Positions 1 through 17,989 of a stretch of 64,000 nt of DNA are shown one piece after another. The notes beneath the pieces are model-generated. The model ran no database searches. It had not been told where the DNA came from and saw only the letters and a list, made by a program, of their open reading frames with translations. The number at the start of each line of letters is the position of its first letter. Positions within the stretch are counted from its first letter, which is position 1. Made by a program: the position numbers and the translations under genes. The DNA comes from the human T2T-CHM13v2.0 reference genome, Homo sapiens, in assembly GCF_009914755.1 (NCBI RefSeq), contig NC_060929.1. One strand, written 5' to 3'.

Positions 1-238
1 AAAAACAACCAACAGTATTTGTTACTAATGATAAAATGCGAGTTTTCTAGCAAAAATTAGAATTTTAGAAAACTTGTACCTACCACTTGTGTGCCTGAGT
101 TTCCCATAAGTTAGAATTTTCTGATGAGACTGATGGTGATAGTAAGGAATGTGGTATTTTTGGGTATTTTATAATAAGATATGTTAACATTTGGAAGATC
201 TGAACAACTCAGTAAACAAATATTTTTCAAATGACATA
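1..238. mobile_element. Charlie1-like DNA transposon internal fragment
   Basis: AACATTTGGAAGATCTGAACAACTCAGTAAACAAATATTTTTCAAATGAC resembles recalled Charlie1 consensus. Confidence 0.6.
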
Positions 239-336
239 CAACTGCTGAGTTGTAGCCAACATAAAGTTGTAGCTGGGAAAAAAGTGTTTTATTAGATTAA
301 AGTGATCTAGAGAGAGCAATATTTTGAAAGTATTTT

Positions 337-1000
337 GGGACTTCTACTTCCAGCCATGATGGAGTAACTGGGACCAGACTTACCTTTCTGCCATAAAACT
401 AAAAAACTGGACAAAATGGCTGAAACAACTGTTTTTAGATACCAGGTAACAGGCAGCATAGGATGGTCAGCCCTAAGAGAACAGAAACAAATGATGGGAG
501 CCCTATCTTGGCACTGGCTTTCTGCCCAAAGCCATTTTCCTAAGGAAAACCTGAGCAAAACCTCAGCAGTCTCTGAGTTGAGAAGAGGAAACAATGGAAA
601 TCTGAGGGGCAGGATACTAGGAAGGAGGAAGCTGTCCAGAGAAAGACATCCACAACTCTGCCTGGAGATCCCATTGAGTCTTTGGCTAAATTAAAAGCCA
701 CGTATGTAAAGGAAACTCCTTAAGTCTAAACAAAGAATGACTAGGTAACTGTAAGCTGAACAATTCCCAGAGCTTACTCAGGACTTGGAGACATCTGAGT
801 TTTGATTTGTTGAATGCATAAGGCATTCAAGAAAGATATCAAAATGTAGGAGGTCCAAACTAATTCTAGAATATGATAAACTTGCCCTAACGAAGTTTAA
901 AAACAAGCCATGAAAAGATCAAGCTGATACACAACTTTACTACTTACCAAAACAAAGTTTAACACTCTCTAAAGGAAGATAACAAAACCAAAGCAGGGTA
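337..1000 (+). mobile_element. Old L1M 5'-end fragment
   Basis: GGACTTCTACTTCCAGCCATGATGGAGTAAC...AAAAACTGGACAAAAT pattern of ancient L1 5' regions. Confidence 0.55.
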
Positions 1001-1300
1001 GAACAAAAAGAAAATCTTGGCCAAGCATGGTGGCTCATGCCTGTAATCCCAGCACTTTGGGAGGCTGAGGCACGAGGATCGCTTGAGCCCAGGAGTTGGC
1101 AATCAGCTTGGACAACACAGCAAGACTCCGTCTCTACAAAAAACTAAAAAATTAGTTGGATGTGGTGGCATGCACCTCCTGAGTAGTCCCAGTTACTCAG
1201 GGGGCTGAAGCAGGAGGACTGTTTCTTCTATTTATGTTACTTTAACAATAGAGAAGTTTAGGTTATTTTCACATTATGTCCAAGTATTATCCCAACTCTA

Positions 1301-1483
<183 letters not shown>

Positions 1484-2515
1484 TTAAAAAAACAGTTGAA
1501 GAAAAAGTAAAAACAATACCCAGTACATTTGGGTTGAAAAAGCCTTGTTTTCGTCAATGCATTCAGCAGAACATTTAGATACCAATTCAGCTGCCATTAT
1601 GGATCATCTGCTTCATCTACACATTCTGAAACATCAATTGTTTGATTATGTAACACAAACAAAACAGTACAAAGTTGAAAAGATACAGAAAGGAATGTGT
1701 GAGCACAGTTAAATTCCTATAATCATAACTGATGAGCCAAAGGTAACATGACTACGTGCTTTTTTTTTTTTCCCCTTTCCTTTTATTGTTTTTTGAGACA
1801 GGGTCTCACTCTGTGGCTCAGGCTGGAGCGCAGTAGCACAATAATGGCTCACTGCAGCCTTAACCTCCCCGGGCTCAGGTGATCCTCCCACCACAGCCTC
1901 CCGAGTAGCGGGGACTACAGGTACATGTCACCATGCCCAGATAATTTTTTAATTTTTTTGTAGAGATGGGCTTTTGCCATGTTGCCTAGGCTGGTCTCAA
2001 ACTCCTGGGATCAAGTGACCTGCCCACCTCGGCCTCCCGAAATGCTGGTATTACAGGCATGAATCAGGAATCACCACACCCAGCCTTTTTTTTTTTTAAA
2101 GAGACAAGGTCTCATGATGTTGCCCAGACTAGAATACACTGGCTATTCACAGGCACAATTAACAGAGCGCTATAGGTCTGAACGCCTAGCCTTAAGCAAT
2201 CCTCCTGCCTCAGCCTCCTGAGCAGCTGGGGACTACAGACTTGTGCCATTATATCTTTTAAAATTTACTAGACATGGCCAAATTGTCCTTCAAGAAGTTC
2301 TCACCAATTATGCTTTTGCCAATTAAAGTGTCAGTGACCTGCTTTTTTTCAAAGGGGTTGGGTTGGATTTATTAGTTTGTCTATTGCTGTCTATTGCTTT
2401 GTATCTATTTGTAAGTGATTTCAAGCTTAAGACTGTGCTAAGAGCCATCTTTAGTGGACGTATCCTAGAGATGATAGAGCTTTTGTTGAAAAGAACAAAC
2501 AAACAAAAACCATAC

Positions 2516-2653
2516 CTGCTGGTGCCATAGCCACAAGGTTGTCTGTCAGCTCCCCTCTTTCTGCTGCAGTCTGGAGAACACCTTTGAGATCTCCTTTCCA
2601 AAGCATAAGCTGGTGAAATAACTCAGGGTGGCCATTTTCTAAGTGACCTTTTC
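2516..2653 (-). CDS. GEMIN5: GEMIN5 exon 20 (138 nt)
   Basis: aacag|GAAAA...G|gtatgg; [46 protein letters not shown]. Confidence 0.96.
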
Positions 2654-2970
2654 CTGTTTGAAAGAGAGATAATGTTTGGAAGGTGTTTCAGAAACATCTG
2701 TTACTGACTTGTAGGAAAAGAAAGGCAAGATAGAAGAGAAAGTGAGCTCCTAAAATATGCAGTCATTCTCTGATGGGTGTCACCTACCAGAGTGATTACA
2801 GTAAGATCTGAAGCCCACTTGGTCACTGTACACTCCCACACCTTCACATGTACTCAGAGTGAATGCTGTATGTTTAGGATCCTATGATGATGCAAGGGTT
2901 GTATCAATATGTAAATCAGGGAGCTCAAAACCTAGTTAGCTGACACGTAAAACTAACCATTATAATATCA

Positions 2971-3177
<207 letters not shown>

Positions 3178-4406
3178 TCAGATGAAGTCATTACATTGAT
3201 TACAGTTTTCTCTCCAATAACTTCCGAATATATGTTTGGAACACCCACTTCAGACACTGAGAGAATCAGAGCTCTAACAGAGACTCCTGCAGTTACAAAG
3301 GGAGCAAAACACAAAAACACTTAAAATGTTAAAAGTGAACCCCAAATCAGAACATATTTAAGTGCAGTAAAAAACAAGCAAAACAATATTAATAAGCAAA
3401 AGAAAGTCCTTAATATTCACTGGGACTTACCACAAGGGGATTCAATATTCATCCTTTGCTTCAAAAAAAAAGTCAACTGAGTAATTTTCCAGTAAGGAAA
3501 ATAATGTGAAACTAGGTTAACTATGTAAGTTATAGGAAGTCATCACAAAGCTCCAAAAAGGCTATGTATATAATAAAAGCATAAAACATCTCCATCAAGA
3601 CACAAGAAACTGATAATAGTTTGATTATGCAATACAGACAAAACAGTACAAAAATTCAAAAGAAAGAAACAAATGGAAGCCCAGGATAGTGACTACCCTT
3701 GTTAGGGTAGTGGGAGACAGTAACCGGGAGGGAGGATGGTCCTCCATTCCTGGGGAGGAGAAACAGAGGACTGGGAGGAAGATTTACTTTGAAAAAAAAA
3801 TTAAAAAAAAATTTTTTTTTTTAAATAGAGAGAGGGTCTCACTATGTTGCCCAGGCTGGCCTTAAAGTGAGCTCAAGTGATCCTTCTGCTTCAGCCCCTT
3901 AAGCATCAATTTTATTTATTATGTGCATCCCTTTTCCACATGTAAACTTCAAATTTAAAAAATAAAGTTATTAAAATATCAAAATAGTGGACATTAAATG
4001 AAGACTTTGAAAAACAAAAATAAAACAACCCTTCAAAACAAAACTTACAAAGCAAAAGCTTCCATCAAATTTTTTTTTAAGAAAATGCCATATTATGAGC
4101 ATATTTCCAATAAGAAAAAAAGATTTTTTTCTCCATAGGATACTGTTCAATGGGGAAAAGAGTTGAAGGAGTTTATTCATGCTGAGATACTTAGGCCAAC
4201 ATACCAATTCTGGCACACAGATGGCTGGGAGGAATTAGATTTAGAATAAAAGCAGAGCGCTACATTTCAAAGCCATGGCAGTGCTGACGGTGGGTCACAA
4301 TGGGGAGTTTGGCAGCAAGGTGTAGGGGTATAGGGATGTGGAGGGAAGGGAGAGCTGGAGAACATAAAAATACAGAAAACAATTTAGACATTTCTTTGGG
4401 CATTCA

Positions 4407-4613
<207 letters not shown>

Positions 4614-4820
4614 TTAATAAAGTACATACTATCTGAAGGAGAACTGATCAGAAACATAAAACGGAATGCCTATTGTGTGAATGTAACCTACTGGCAGGAC
4701 GACACCACAGGCAGAGAAAGCTCCTCCTCCTAATAAAGAGGCTTTCAAAATAAATTTGCTGGGGGCATTGTTCACAATACACACAAAAACGCTCTTGCTA
4801 ACATTTATGATGTAGTGTCA

Positions 4821-5230
<410 letters not shown>

Positions 5231-5295
5231 CTATAAAAACAAACAAGAAACCACACTGTTTTTTGACAGTTGCGTGTAATATATGTAATATTTTA

Positions 5296-5484
<189 letters not shown>

Positions 5485-5794
5485 TTAAGGATAACAATAA
5501 TACAGAATTTCAGTTCTTTGTAAAAATTAAGAGCCATTCCAAGCTTAGCAATATAATCAATTCATCTATTACCAAAACTTTTGAGATAAAATGCACTGGA
5601 AAAGAAGTAGGAGTAGTTTCCCCTTTCCCACCTCCCAAACTAGCTGTTTTCAGGAATCTGTAAGTCTATTACTTTGGTTTTTTTTTTTTTTTTGAGACGA
5701 AGTCTCACTCTGTCGCCCAGGCTGGAAATTCAGTGGCGCAATCTTGGCTTACTGCAACCTCTGCCTCCTAGGTCCAAGCAATTCTCCTGCCTGA

Positions 5795-6106
<312 letters not shown>

Positions 6107-7550
6107 TAGGACTATAGGCACAAGCCATTATCTTGGTAATTTTTATATTTTTTGCAAAGATGGGGGTTCCCTATGTTGCTTAGGCTAGTCTCAAGCTCCT
6201 GGGTTGAAGCAAGTCTCTTTCCCTGGCCTCCCATAGTGCTGGGATTACAGGCATGAACCACCATGCCCGCCTTACTTTGAACTTTGACTAAGGAAAAAGC
6301 TTCCAGCCCTCCACAACTTTATACCATAAGCCAAGGAGTTCCTATACTTTGCTCAGGTGACAAAGCACTTTTTACATTTCTAGGTCATAAAGTACTAATT
6401 GCATATTTAATTACACTAACAGGAGTAACTTTAATAATAGAGAATACTAGGTGTATGCAATATGGTGTCACAATCCTGAGCACAGGAACTTTTTAAAAAC
6501 AACTTGTTGATCCATGTTTTGTATAGCCATTTTGTGAAAGAAAGACTTTTTAAAAAAAAGAAAAATAAAGAGATGGGGGGTCTTGCTGTGTTGCCCAGGC
6601 TGGCCTCAAGCGGTTCTCCTGCCTCAGCCTCCTGAGGATCTGGGACTAGAGGTATGTGTCTCTGTACCCGACTAGAAAAGCATTCTGATGAGCCAAAATA
6701 ATAAATCCATTAGGCTTTTTGCTCTTTATTTACCCCAACTATGTGTCTAACAGCTATCCCTTGGGATGGAGAGCATCAGGAATGCCTTGTATCCTATATT
6801 CTAGCCATTTCAATACTGTCACATCAATGGATTCTGTTTTAGAATTAAGTATGAGTTACTGCTTCTACTTACACTGTTTGCTATTTAATCGTTTATTTTA
6901 CCAGGGACCAGATATTTATCACTTGGTCTGACAAACCATTCTCAACAGGTCCCGAGTAAATGTACAAAATAAAAAGAGTGCTAAAATTTTTACCTAACAG
7001 TTTTTTTGTTAGTGATAGAACACTGTTTTGTGAGACATCTGAGAGCCATCACTATAGCTTAACTCACTAGAAAAACCTAATAACCATTCACACATTTTTT
7101 TTCTGTGAGAAGACAGAAAGCCGCGTACAAACTCCACGTAAGGGGGTGAGAGCTTGCAAGTTCCCACAGTGGTGGTAGCTTCTAGGTCAGACATTTGTAA
7201 GGGACAGTAGTTTCTTTCACCAAATGTGGCTACTGATGTCATACTGTTAAAACTTTTCCCATGTAAGTTCCTATGTACACAACTGCCCCAGCTTCGCTTC
7301 GTCCCACGGTTTTACCTTGCCCAAGTTGAATAAGAAGTTTTCTCTGTAGAACTTTACTATTTCCACCACAAACATCCACTAGAACCCCTTTAAAACTTCA
7401 AAGATGTTTATTTTAGAGACTTGAATAAAGCTTGAAAAAAAAAACAAAAAAAACTAATGCTGTTTCCAAGAGTTGGAAAAATGGGAACAGCGAAGTTTCA
7501 AACTGAGTAAGGACCTAGCTTAGTTTCCCAGACACGACCACGAAATCCTA

Positions 7551-7892
<342 letters not shown>

Positions 7893-8091
7893 TTAATAGC
7901 ATTTTTACCCATTCCCTTTCTTCTCAATGAACTTTTAGAATTATATTATCACAATATTAACCAAACCCTTTTGAAATTTCATTAAATCATAAACATGATG
8001 CCCAATAACACCCAAATATTTTAGTGTGTGTCTTATGAACAGGACATGCTCCGACGTCACCATAGTACAACCATGGAAATCAGGAAATTAA

Positions 8092-8292
<201 letters not shown>

Positions 8293-8295
8293 TGA

Positions 8296-8673
<378 letters not shown>

Positions 8674-10649
8674 TAGATTTAGGGTATGCATCTTTAGCTG
8701 GAATGCACATTAGTGCTGCTGTGTTCATGCAGGGCAATCTATGAGGTAGCAGCTAATTTTTATTCGTCCCATTTGGTTTACTTTGATCACCTGATTAAGG
8801 GTGTGTCTTGCAAGTTACTCCCTAAAAGGGTATTTCCCCTGTTTAACTACTAAATATTTGCATCTACTAGTTTTTGTATTCACTGATGTTTCTTGATTAA
8901 AAATTGTTACTATGATGACTGCCAAATGGTGAGTTTGTTTTTTCTTTTTTTCTCTTTTTTGAGACAGGTTCTTGCTCTGTTGTCTGGGCTGGAGTGCGGT
9001 GGCAGAATCTCCGTTCACGGCAGCCTTACTTGACCTTCCAGGCTCAAGCAATCCTCCTGCCTCAGCCTCTTGAATAGCTGGGACTACAGGTGTGTGACAC
9101 CATGCCTGGGTAATTTTTGTATTTTTTTTTTTTTTTTTTTTTTGTAGAGATGGGGTTTTGTCATGTTGGCCAGGCTGGTATCAAACACCTGGGCTCAAGT
9201 GATCAGCTCGCCTCCCAAAGTACTGGGATTACAGGCGTGAGCTACTGTGCCTGGCCCACAAGGTGAACTTCTAATTCCAGGATTTCACTCTACATTCTAC
9301 CACAAGGAAGAGCTTGGCATCTAGTTGGCATCCTACCACAAGGAAGAGCTTGTGCTTCTCCCCATTTATTTATTATATCGGTCTGGACTCATGAATTCTT
9401 CCATTACTGTTACATTTACATTTTTAAGGTTTCTATATTTACATTTTAAGGTTTTTATCCTTTGCTTACTTTAAAATCATCTTTACTGAGGGGTAATATA
9501 ATAAAATACACCAATTTTTAAGTACTTTGGTACAAAGTACCTACCACCACAATTACTTTTGTACTAATCTAATATTTCCACCAAGCCTCTTTGTAGTAAG
9601 ATATACCCCCTGCTTGAGCCCTAGGCAATCACTAATTTGCTCTCACTGTGGTTTAGTTTTGCCTGTTGAAGAATTTCACATACACCGGGCGCAGTGGCTC
9701 ATGCCTATAATCCCAGCACTTTGGGAGGCTGAGGCGGGCAGATCATCTGAGGTCAAGAGTTCAATACCAGCCTAGCCAACATGGTGAATCCCTGTCTCTA
9801 CTAAAAACACAAACAATTAGCTGGGTGTGAGGCACGCACCTATAGTCACAGCTACTCAAAAGGCTGAGGCAGGAGAATTGTTTGAACCTGTGGGGCAGAG
9901 GTTGTAGTGAGCCGAGAGTGCACCACTGCACTCTGGCCTGGGTGACAGAGTAAGACTCCGTTTCAAGAAAAAAAAAAAAGAATTTCACATAAACAGAATT
10001 AGACAGTATGTAGTCTTTTGTGCCTGGCTGCTTCTGCTTGGCATAATGTTTTTCTAGATTCATCCATTTTGTTCTTTATCAGTTGTTACCTTCTTTTTAT
10101 TGTGGAATAGAAGCCTACTGTAAGGATATACCACAATTAATTCATTTATCTGATGATGGACATTTGGATTGTTACCAGTTTTTGGTGATCACAGATAAAG
10201 CTACTATGAGCATTCTTTTACAAGTCTTTATGTGGACACATCATTTCATTTCTTTGGGTGTAAATTTCTAGTTGTTTAATATATTCTTTCATTTAAAATA
10301 AAAAAAAAACTTATTTCACAGAGACAGTGTCCCCCTATGTTGTCCAGGTTAGTCCTGAACTCCTGGGCTCAAGCCATCCTCCTGCCTCGGCATCCCAAAG
10401 TGTTGGGATTATAGGAGTGAGCCAGCATGCTTGGCCAATTTTTCCTATTTGCTTTTATTTTGCAATTCTTGGTAGAAATGGGATCTCGCTCTGTTGCCAG
10501 GCTGGTCTCAAACTCCTGGCCTCAAGTGATCCTCTAGCCTTGGCTTCCCAAAGTGCTGGGAATACAGACATGAGCCACTGTGCCCAGCAGTTGCTTAATA
10601 TATTTTGTCTAGCTTTCTAGTTGCTTATGGCAAGTCTGATACCAATTAA

Positions 10650-10964
<315 letters not shown>

Positions 10965-11336
10965 TGAGCCATCGCACCTGGCCTCCTCTTACTTATGTTT
11001 AACAGTTGTCCCAGATTCGGTCAGTGGGAACCTCTTCAAGCTGTTTCTTTTGTCCTTTTGACATGTCTCCTGAATTCTTTGAGTACCGCCTTCCTTTCTG
11101 GCATAAGAATGTTCCAGGTTCAGTTTGTTCTCTACCTGTCCCAGACTGGAACCAGCCATTTCTCCAAGAAGCCATGTACATTTTTAGTGGAGAATGTCAT
11201 TTAGAAACCAAGATCTGGGCTGGGCACGGTGGCTCATGCCTGTAATCCTAGCACTTTGGGAGGTTGATAGGCAGATCACTTGAGGCCAGGAGTTTGAGAC
11301 CAGCCTGGCCAACATGGCTAGATCCCGTCTCTACTA

Positions 11337-11884
<548 letters not shown>

Positions 11885-12809
11885 CTAAACCCAAAAGCAC
11901 ATGGCCGAAAAGACATTTTCTAGTTATTCTATTGTTTGGGCAGTATGTTTTCTAATTAAAAACAAAAAACAAAAAACAAAAACAATCTGCGGCCTCTTAT
12001 TTCCTCAGGTGATTTAGAGTTTTCTCTTAGAAGTTCAATTTCAGAAGAGTGCTATTTCCTGTGAGAGACTTCTGTGCTTGGAGATGCATAGACATTTCTA
12101 CGGGGATGATTTTGAATGAGCTTCTACTGGTGTCCCATGGATTTCACTGTCTCGAACCAATACTGTATGTTAACTTTTGGGCTTGAGATTCTGGTATCAC
12201 GAAGAAAATAGCCCACATCTAGCACAGAAATTAGACTTCTAATTTCTCATAGGTGAATCTTTTGTCTCCAACTCCTTGAGTAATTGGCCAATTTCCTTTC
12301 TATTTCTTGAATTATTCTGAACTCAGTTTCACAGAAGGCAGCCCTTTGCGGCTCCCAGCTTTGTGCAGACATCTCAATTACAACTCAACACTAAGCGAGA
12401 TACATCACAGATGTTAAGTCCCCAGCTCTAGTTCTGATATCCACAAGTCCTCCCTCATAGATCTGGCTTGGCATTTCATCTTTATTTATTTAGAACTTGG
12501 AGATTTCTGACTTACCAATTTATTATTAAAAAATTGTTTTGTGATTTTTAGCCAACATTTCAGTGTCTGAACAGAAGAGAGTACTTTGCATATCATATTA
12601 GTCCACCATACTGATAGTGAGTCAGAATGAAATCTGTAAAAATGTTAGAGTTAGCTAGCTCCTATCAATACTTTCCCCTTCATCTAAGTAACAAAAAAAA
12701 AAACCCAGTCTTAGCCTAGGCCCTATGTGGAATGAAACTAAAATGCCTCCTAGAGCCCAGAAAATCTCCTTCAGTAGATGATGATAATGGGGGAGGGGGA
12801 ACCTGTTCA

Positions 12810-13115
<306 letters not shown>

Positions 13116-13514
13116 TCAAGATTTTGCCATACACTTTCTAGGTTATTTTTTTTTTGAGATGGAGTTTCGCTCTTGTTGCTCAGGCTGGAGTGCAATGGCG
13201 CAATGCAATGGCGCAATCTCGGCTCACTGCAACCTCCGCCTCCTGGGTTCAAGCGATTCTCCTGCCTCAGCCTCCCAAGTCTAGGTGATTTTTAGCAGGC
13301 AACATTGTTAGTTATTAAGAGTGTGGACACATCCACAGTGCTTAGCATATAGATTACCACAAGAAGTGTTAGGTCTCATTATAACTTATAGGATATTCTA
13401 GCTAAAATGTATAATTTGAATACAGTCATGAGAAAATACCAGACAAATGCAAAATGAGAAAGCATCTACAAAACGAGTGCCCTATCTTCCTCAAAAGTGT
13501 CACATAAGATTTTA

Positions 13515-13877
<363 letters not shown>

Positions 13878-13989
13878 TCAGGAGACTGAGGTGGGAGGAC
13901 GGCTTGAGTCCAGGAATTGGAGACTGTCATGAGCTATAACTGCACCACTACACTCCACCCTGAACAATACAGTGAGACCCAGTTTCTAA

Positions 13990-14310
<321 letters not shown>

Positions 14311-16896
14311 TAAATAATTTTTAAAAGACTGAGAAATTATTATAGATGAAAGGAGACTAAAGAGACATGACAACAAAATGCAAATAGGTGATCCTGCATT
14401 GGAATCTGCACTGGAGAAAAAAAAAATCACTATTAAGAACATCATTGGATCAACTGACACAACTAGAATATGGGTGGCTGATTACACTATTTTACTTTTT
14501 TTTTTTTTTTTTTAAAGAGACTAGGTCTTACCCTGTGGCCAAGGGTGGAGTACAGTGACAGTCATATAGCTAACTGTAGCCTCCAACTCCTGGGCTCAAG
14601 GGATCCTCCCACCTCAGCCTGTGAGTAACTGGGCCTATAGGTACCCATCATGTCCAGCTAATCAAGTGATCTTCCTGCCATGGTCTCCTCAAGTGTTGGG
14701 ATTATAGGCATGAGCCACCACACGTAGCCTAAACTATTTGTTTAAATTGACAAATAATAGTTGTGTATATTTTAAGGGAAAGATTAAACTATTATATATT
14801 AAGTTAAACTAACAAACTGATAATTGGTAGGAAAAACTACATACATACACGCACACAGAATAAAGCCAATATGACAACACATTAAAAATTGTTGAATCTA
14901 TTAATAGGAAAAAGTATATGCGATTTCTTTGTACAATTCTTATAACTTTCCTCTGTGTCTCAAATATTTCAAAATAAGAAGGTAAAAATTAAAATGGATT
15001 CTGGCAGTTTTCTTCCTTTCTCTATTATTTAGTAGATATGATATAAAGTGGATGATTAATTTAGAATCCCAATAATAATCATAAGGACCAGAATCAGCTT
15101 TCTAACTTATGTTCATTAGTTATACACTGTCTACTATTTATTACTAGGAAAACACATCTACATTTTAATACTTTTTCCATATTGCTTTTAACTCAGGAGT
15201 CACTACTAGAACCAAAAATATTTTTTCTTGTTACACATAGGATTCTTAGAAAACTACTGAAGTAAATTCTAGAGAAATGAAAAATGTAACTATTTTCACT
15301 ATGGCTGAGAGCACATGTTTTATAGCACTCTGAAAACAATTTAGTGTCAGATTATAATTTCTTCATATTAGGAAAAAAAGTAATCCCACTTCACTCATAT
15401 TTAAAACTGGCTCTTCTGACCACCTACTATGGTTTTCCAGGTGCCGAAGGGGCCTCAGTGAAATTTAAGATTTCTTATGGAATAAATTATACCCATATGA
15501 AAGTTAACTCATTAAGCATGGAATAGTACTTGCTAGAACACATACAGACACTGCAATTAGACACTCTAAGGTTGAATCTAGGCCCTATCATGTATTAGCG
15601 ATGCTACTTGCTTGAATAAGTTAGCTAACCTTTCTGGGCCTCAGTGTAATCATTGGGAAAATGAGGATAACGTTACCTATCACCCTCACAGGATTGTGAG
15701 AATCAGATGCAATCAAACACGGGAATGAGGTATGTGTCCTCTGTTTGTGTGTAACACTCAAAAACTGCTGGCGGAAGTATTAAATGGCATAATGTTTTTG
15801 GAGAGCCGCTTAGCAGTAAGTATAAAAAACTACATCTTTTTACCTAGCAATTCCACTTCTAGAATTTTCTATACAAAAATTATTCATTCATGTTCACGAA
15901 GATCTATGTATAAGGCAGTTTATTGTAATACTACTTAAATTGTAAAAAAAAATAAATAATTTGAATGTCATTTAATTGTGGAATGGATACATTATGGTAA
16001 GCCCATATAATGGAATGAACAGGTAACTGTTTTTTTTTTAATTTTTATTTTTTGTATAGGTGGGGTCTCCCTACATTGCCCAGGCTGGTTTCAAACTCCT
16101 GGTCTCAAGCTATCCTTCCACTATGGCCTCCCAAAGTGCTAGGATTACAGGTATGAGCCACTGCGCCTGGCTGACAGATATTTGTTAATAACAGCAAGAT
16201 AGATCCTTGTGTACTGACATAAAAAGATGTCCATGATAAATATTGTAAATTTAGAGAAAAAAACTGCAAGCACTATATATTATATATAGCAATTTATTTT
16301 TAGCTAGGAACAGAAGATTATTCTTTCACACAAGTACACAGAAGTGCAAACCTATTAATATATACTAACATGTATACATATGTAGGCTATGACTTTATAA
16401 AATCTAGAGAAAATATATAGCAAGCCAATAACACTGGTTATTGAATGATGAAATTTTAGGGGAAAACTTCATTTTTTTTTCTTTCTTTTTTGAGATAGGG
16501 TGTGCTCTGTAACCCAGGCTAGGGTGCAGTGGTGCAAATATAGCTCACTGCAGCCTCAAACTCCTAGAATCAGATGATCCTCTCAGCTCAGCCTCCCAAG
16601 TAGCTGGGACTAAAGGCATGCACCTCTAACCCGGCAAATTTGTTTTTTATTTTCAATTTTTTGTAGAGACGGAGCCTCACTATTTAACAGGCTGGTCTCA
16701 AAATCCTGGCCACAAATAATCTTCTCGTTGTGGCCTCCTAAAGTGCCAGGATTACAGGTGTGAGCAACTGTGCCTGGCCAACTTCATTTTCTGTTACCAT
16801 TTTTGTCATGTTTGAAAGAATTTTAAAATAAGATGAATCTATCACTTTTGAAACAGAAAAAGTAGTAAGAATAATACTTATTTTATTATAATGTCA

Positions 16897-17181
<285 letters not shown>

Positions 17182-17893
17182 TCAAAACAAGAAAGATGGA
17201 TGATCAAATTACAAGTTACAATGCAAATAGTAGCTCCCTCATTCCGTCAGTCAAGGAAAGATGAGGTGGAAAAGGATAACCCTTTCTATCACTGCAAAGG
17301 TCATTCTCTCATAAAAAATCAAGTATAAAAAGTTATTCTCCAAAAAGTATATTTAGCTTTTAAAAATTCTAGCAATATCCTAACAATTCTTTTCTTAAAA
17401 AAATTAATTTTTAGAAATTTTAACTTTCCACACTACCTCAGTGTAACAATCTCCTAGCATTCTAACAATGCTTGATAAAATTGTGTTCATCAGGCATTAA
17501 TGACAAATGATGATAGGGAGAAGCTAAAATAATTAACAGATCAATGGCTGAATTAGGACTGTGTTACTATGATTAACACTGGTCAGGATACAGACCTAAA
17601 AAGCATTTCTGACTAGGCTTACTTTAAAAAAATGGAGATTTATGCAGTTCAACATAGGAGGTGACCATTTTGTGAGGGACAAGACAGCCAAAATACAGTG
17701 TAGCCAAATACTCTCAATGGGCTGAAAATATCTAAATAATTCTGTAGTTCTCAAAGACACAAGGCACTACTGGATCAGCGGAGGATATCAAGAATAAATC
17801 AAAATACCAAATACAACTGGGCCGCCCCAGCTAACATTACAGATGGCATTAGTCAGCTTGTGATCAAATATATGTGCGATTGCAAATTTTTTA

Positions 17894-17989
<96 letters not shown>

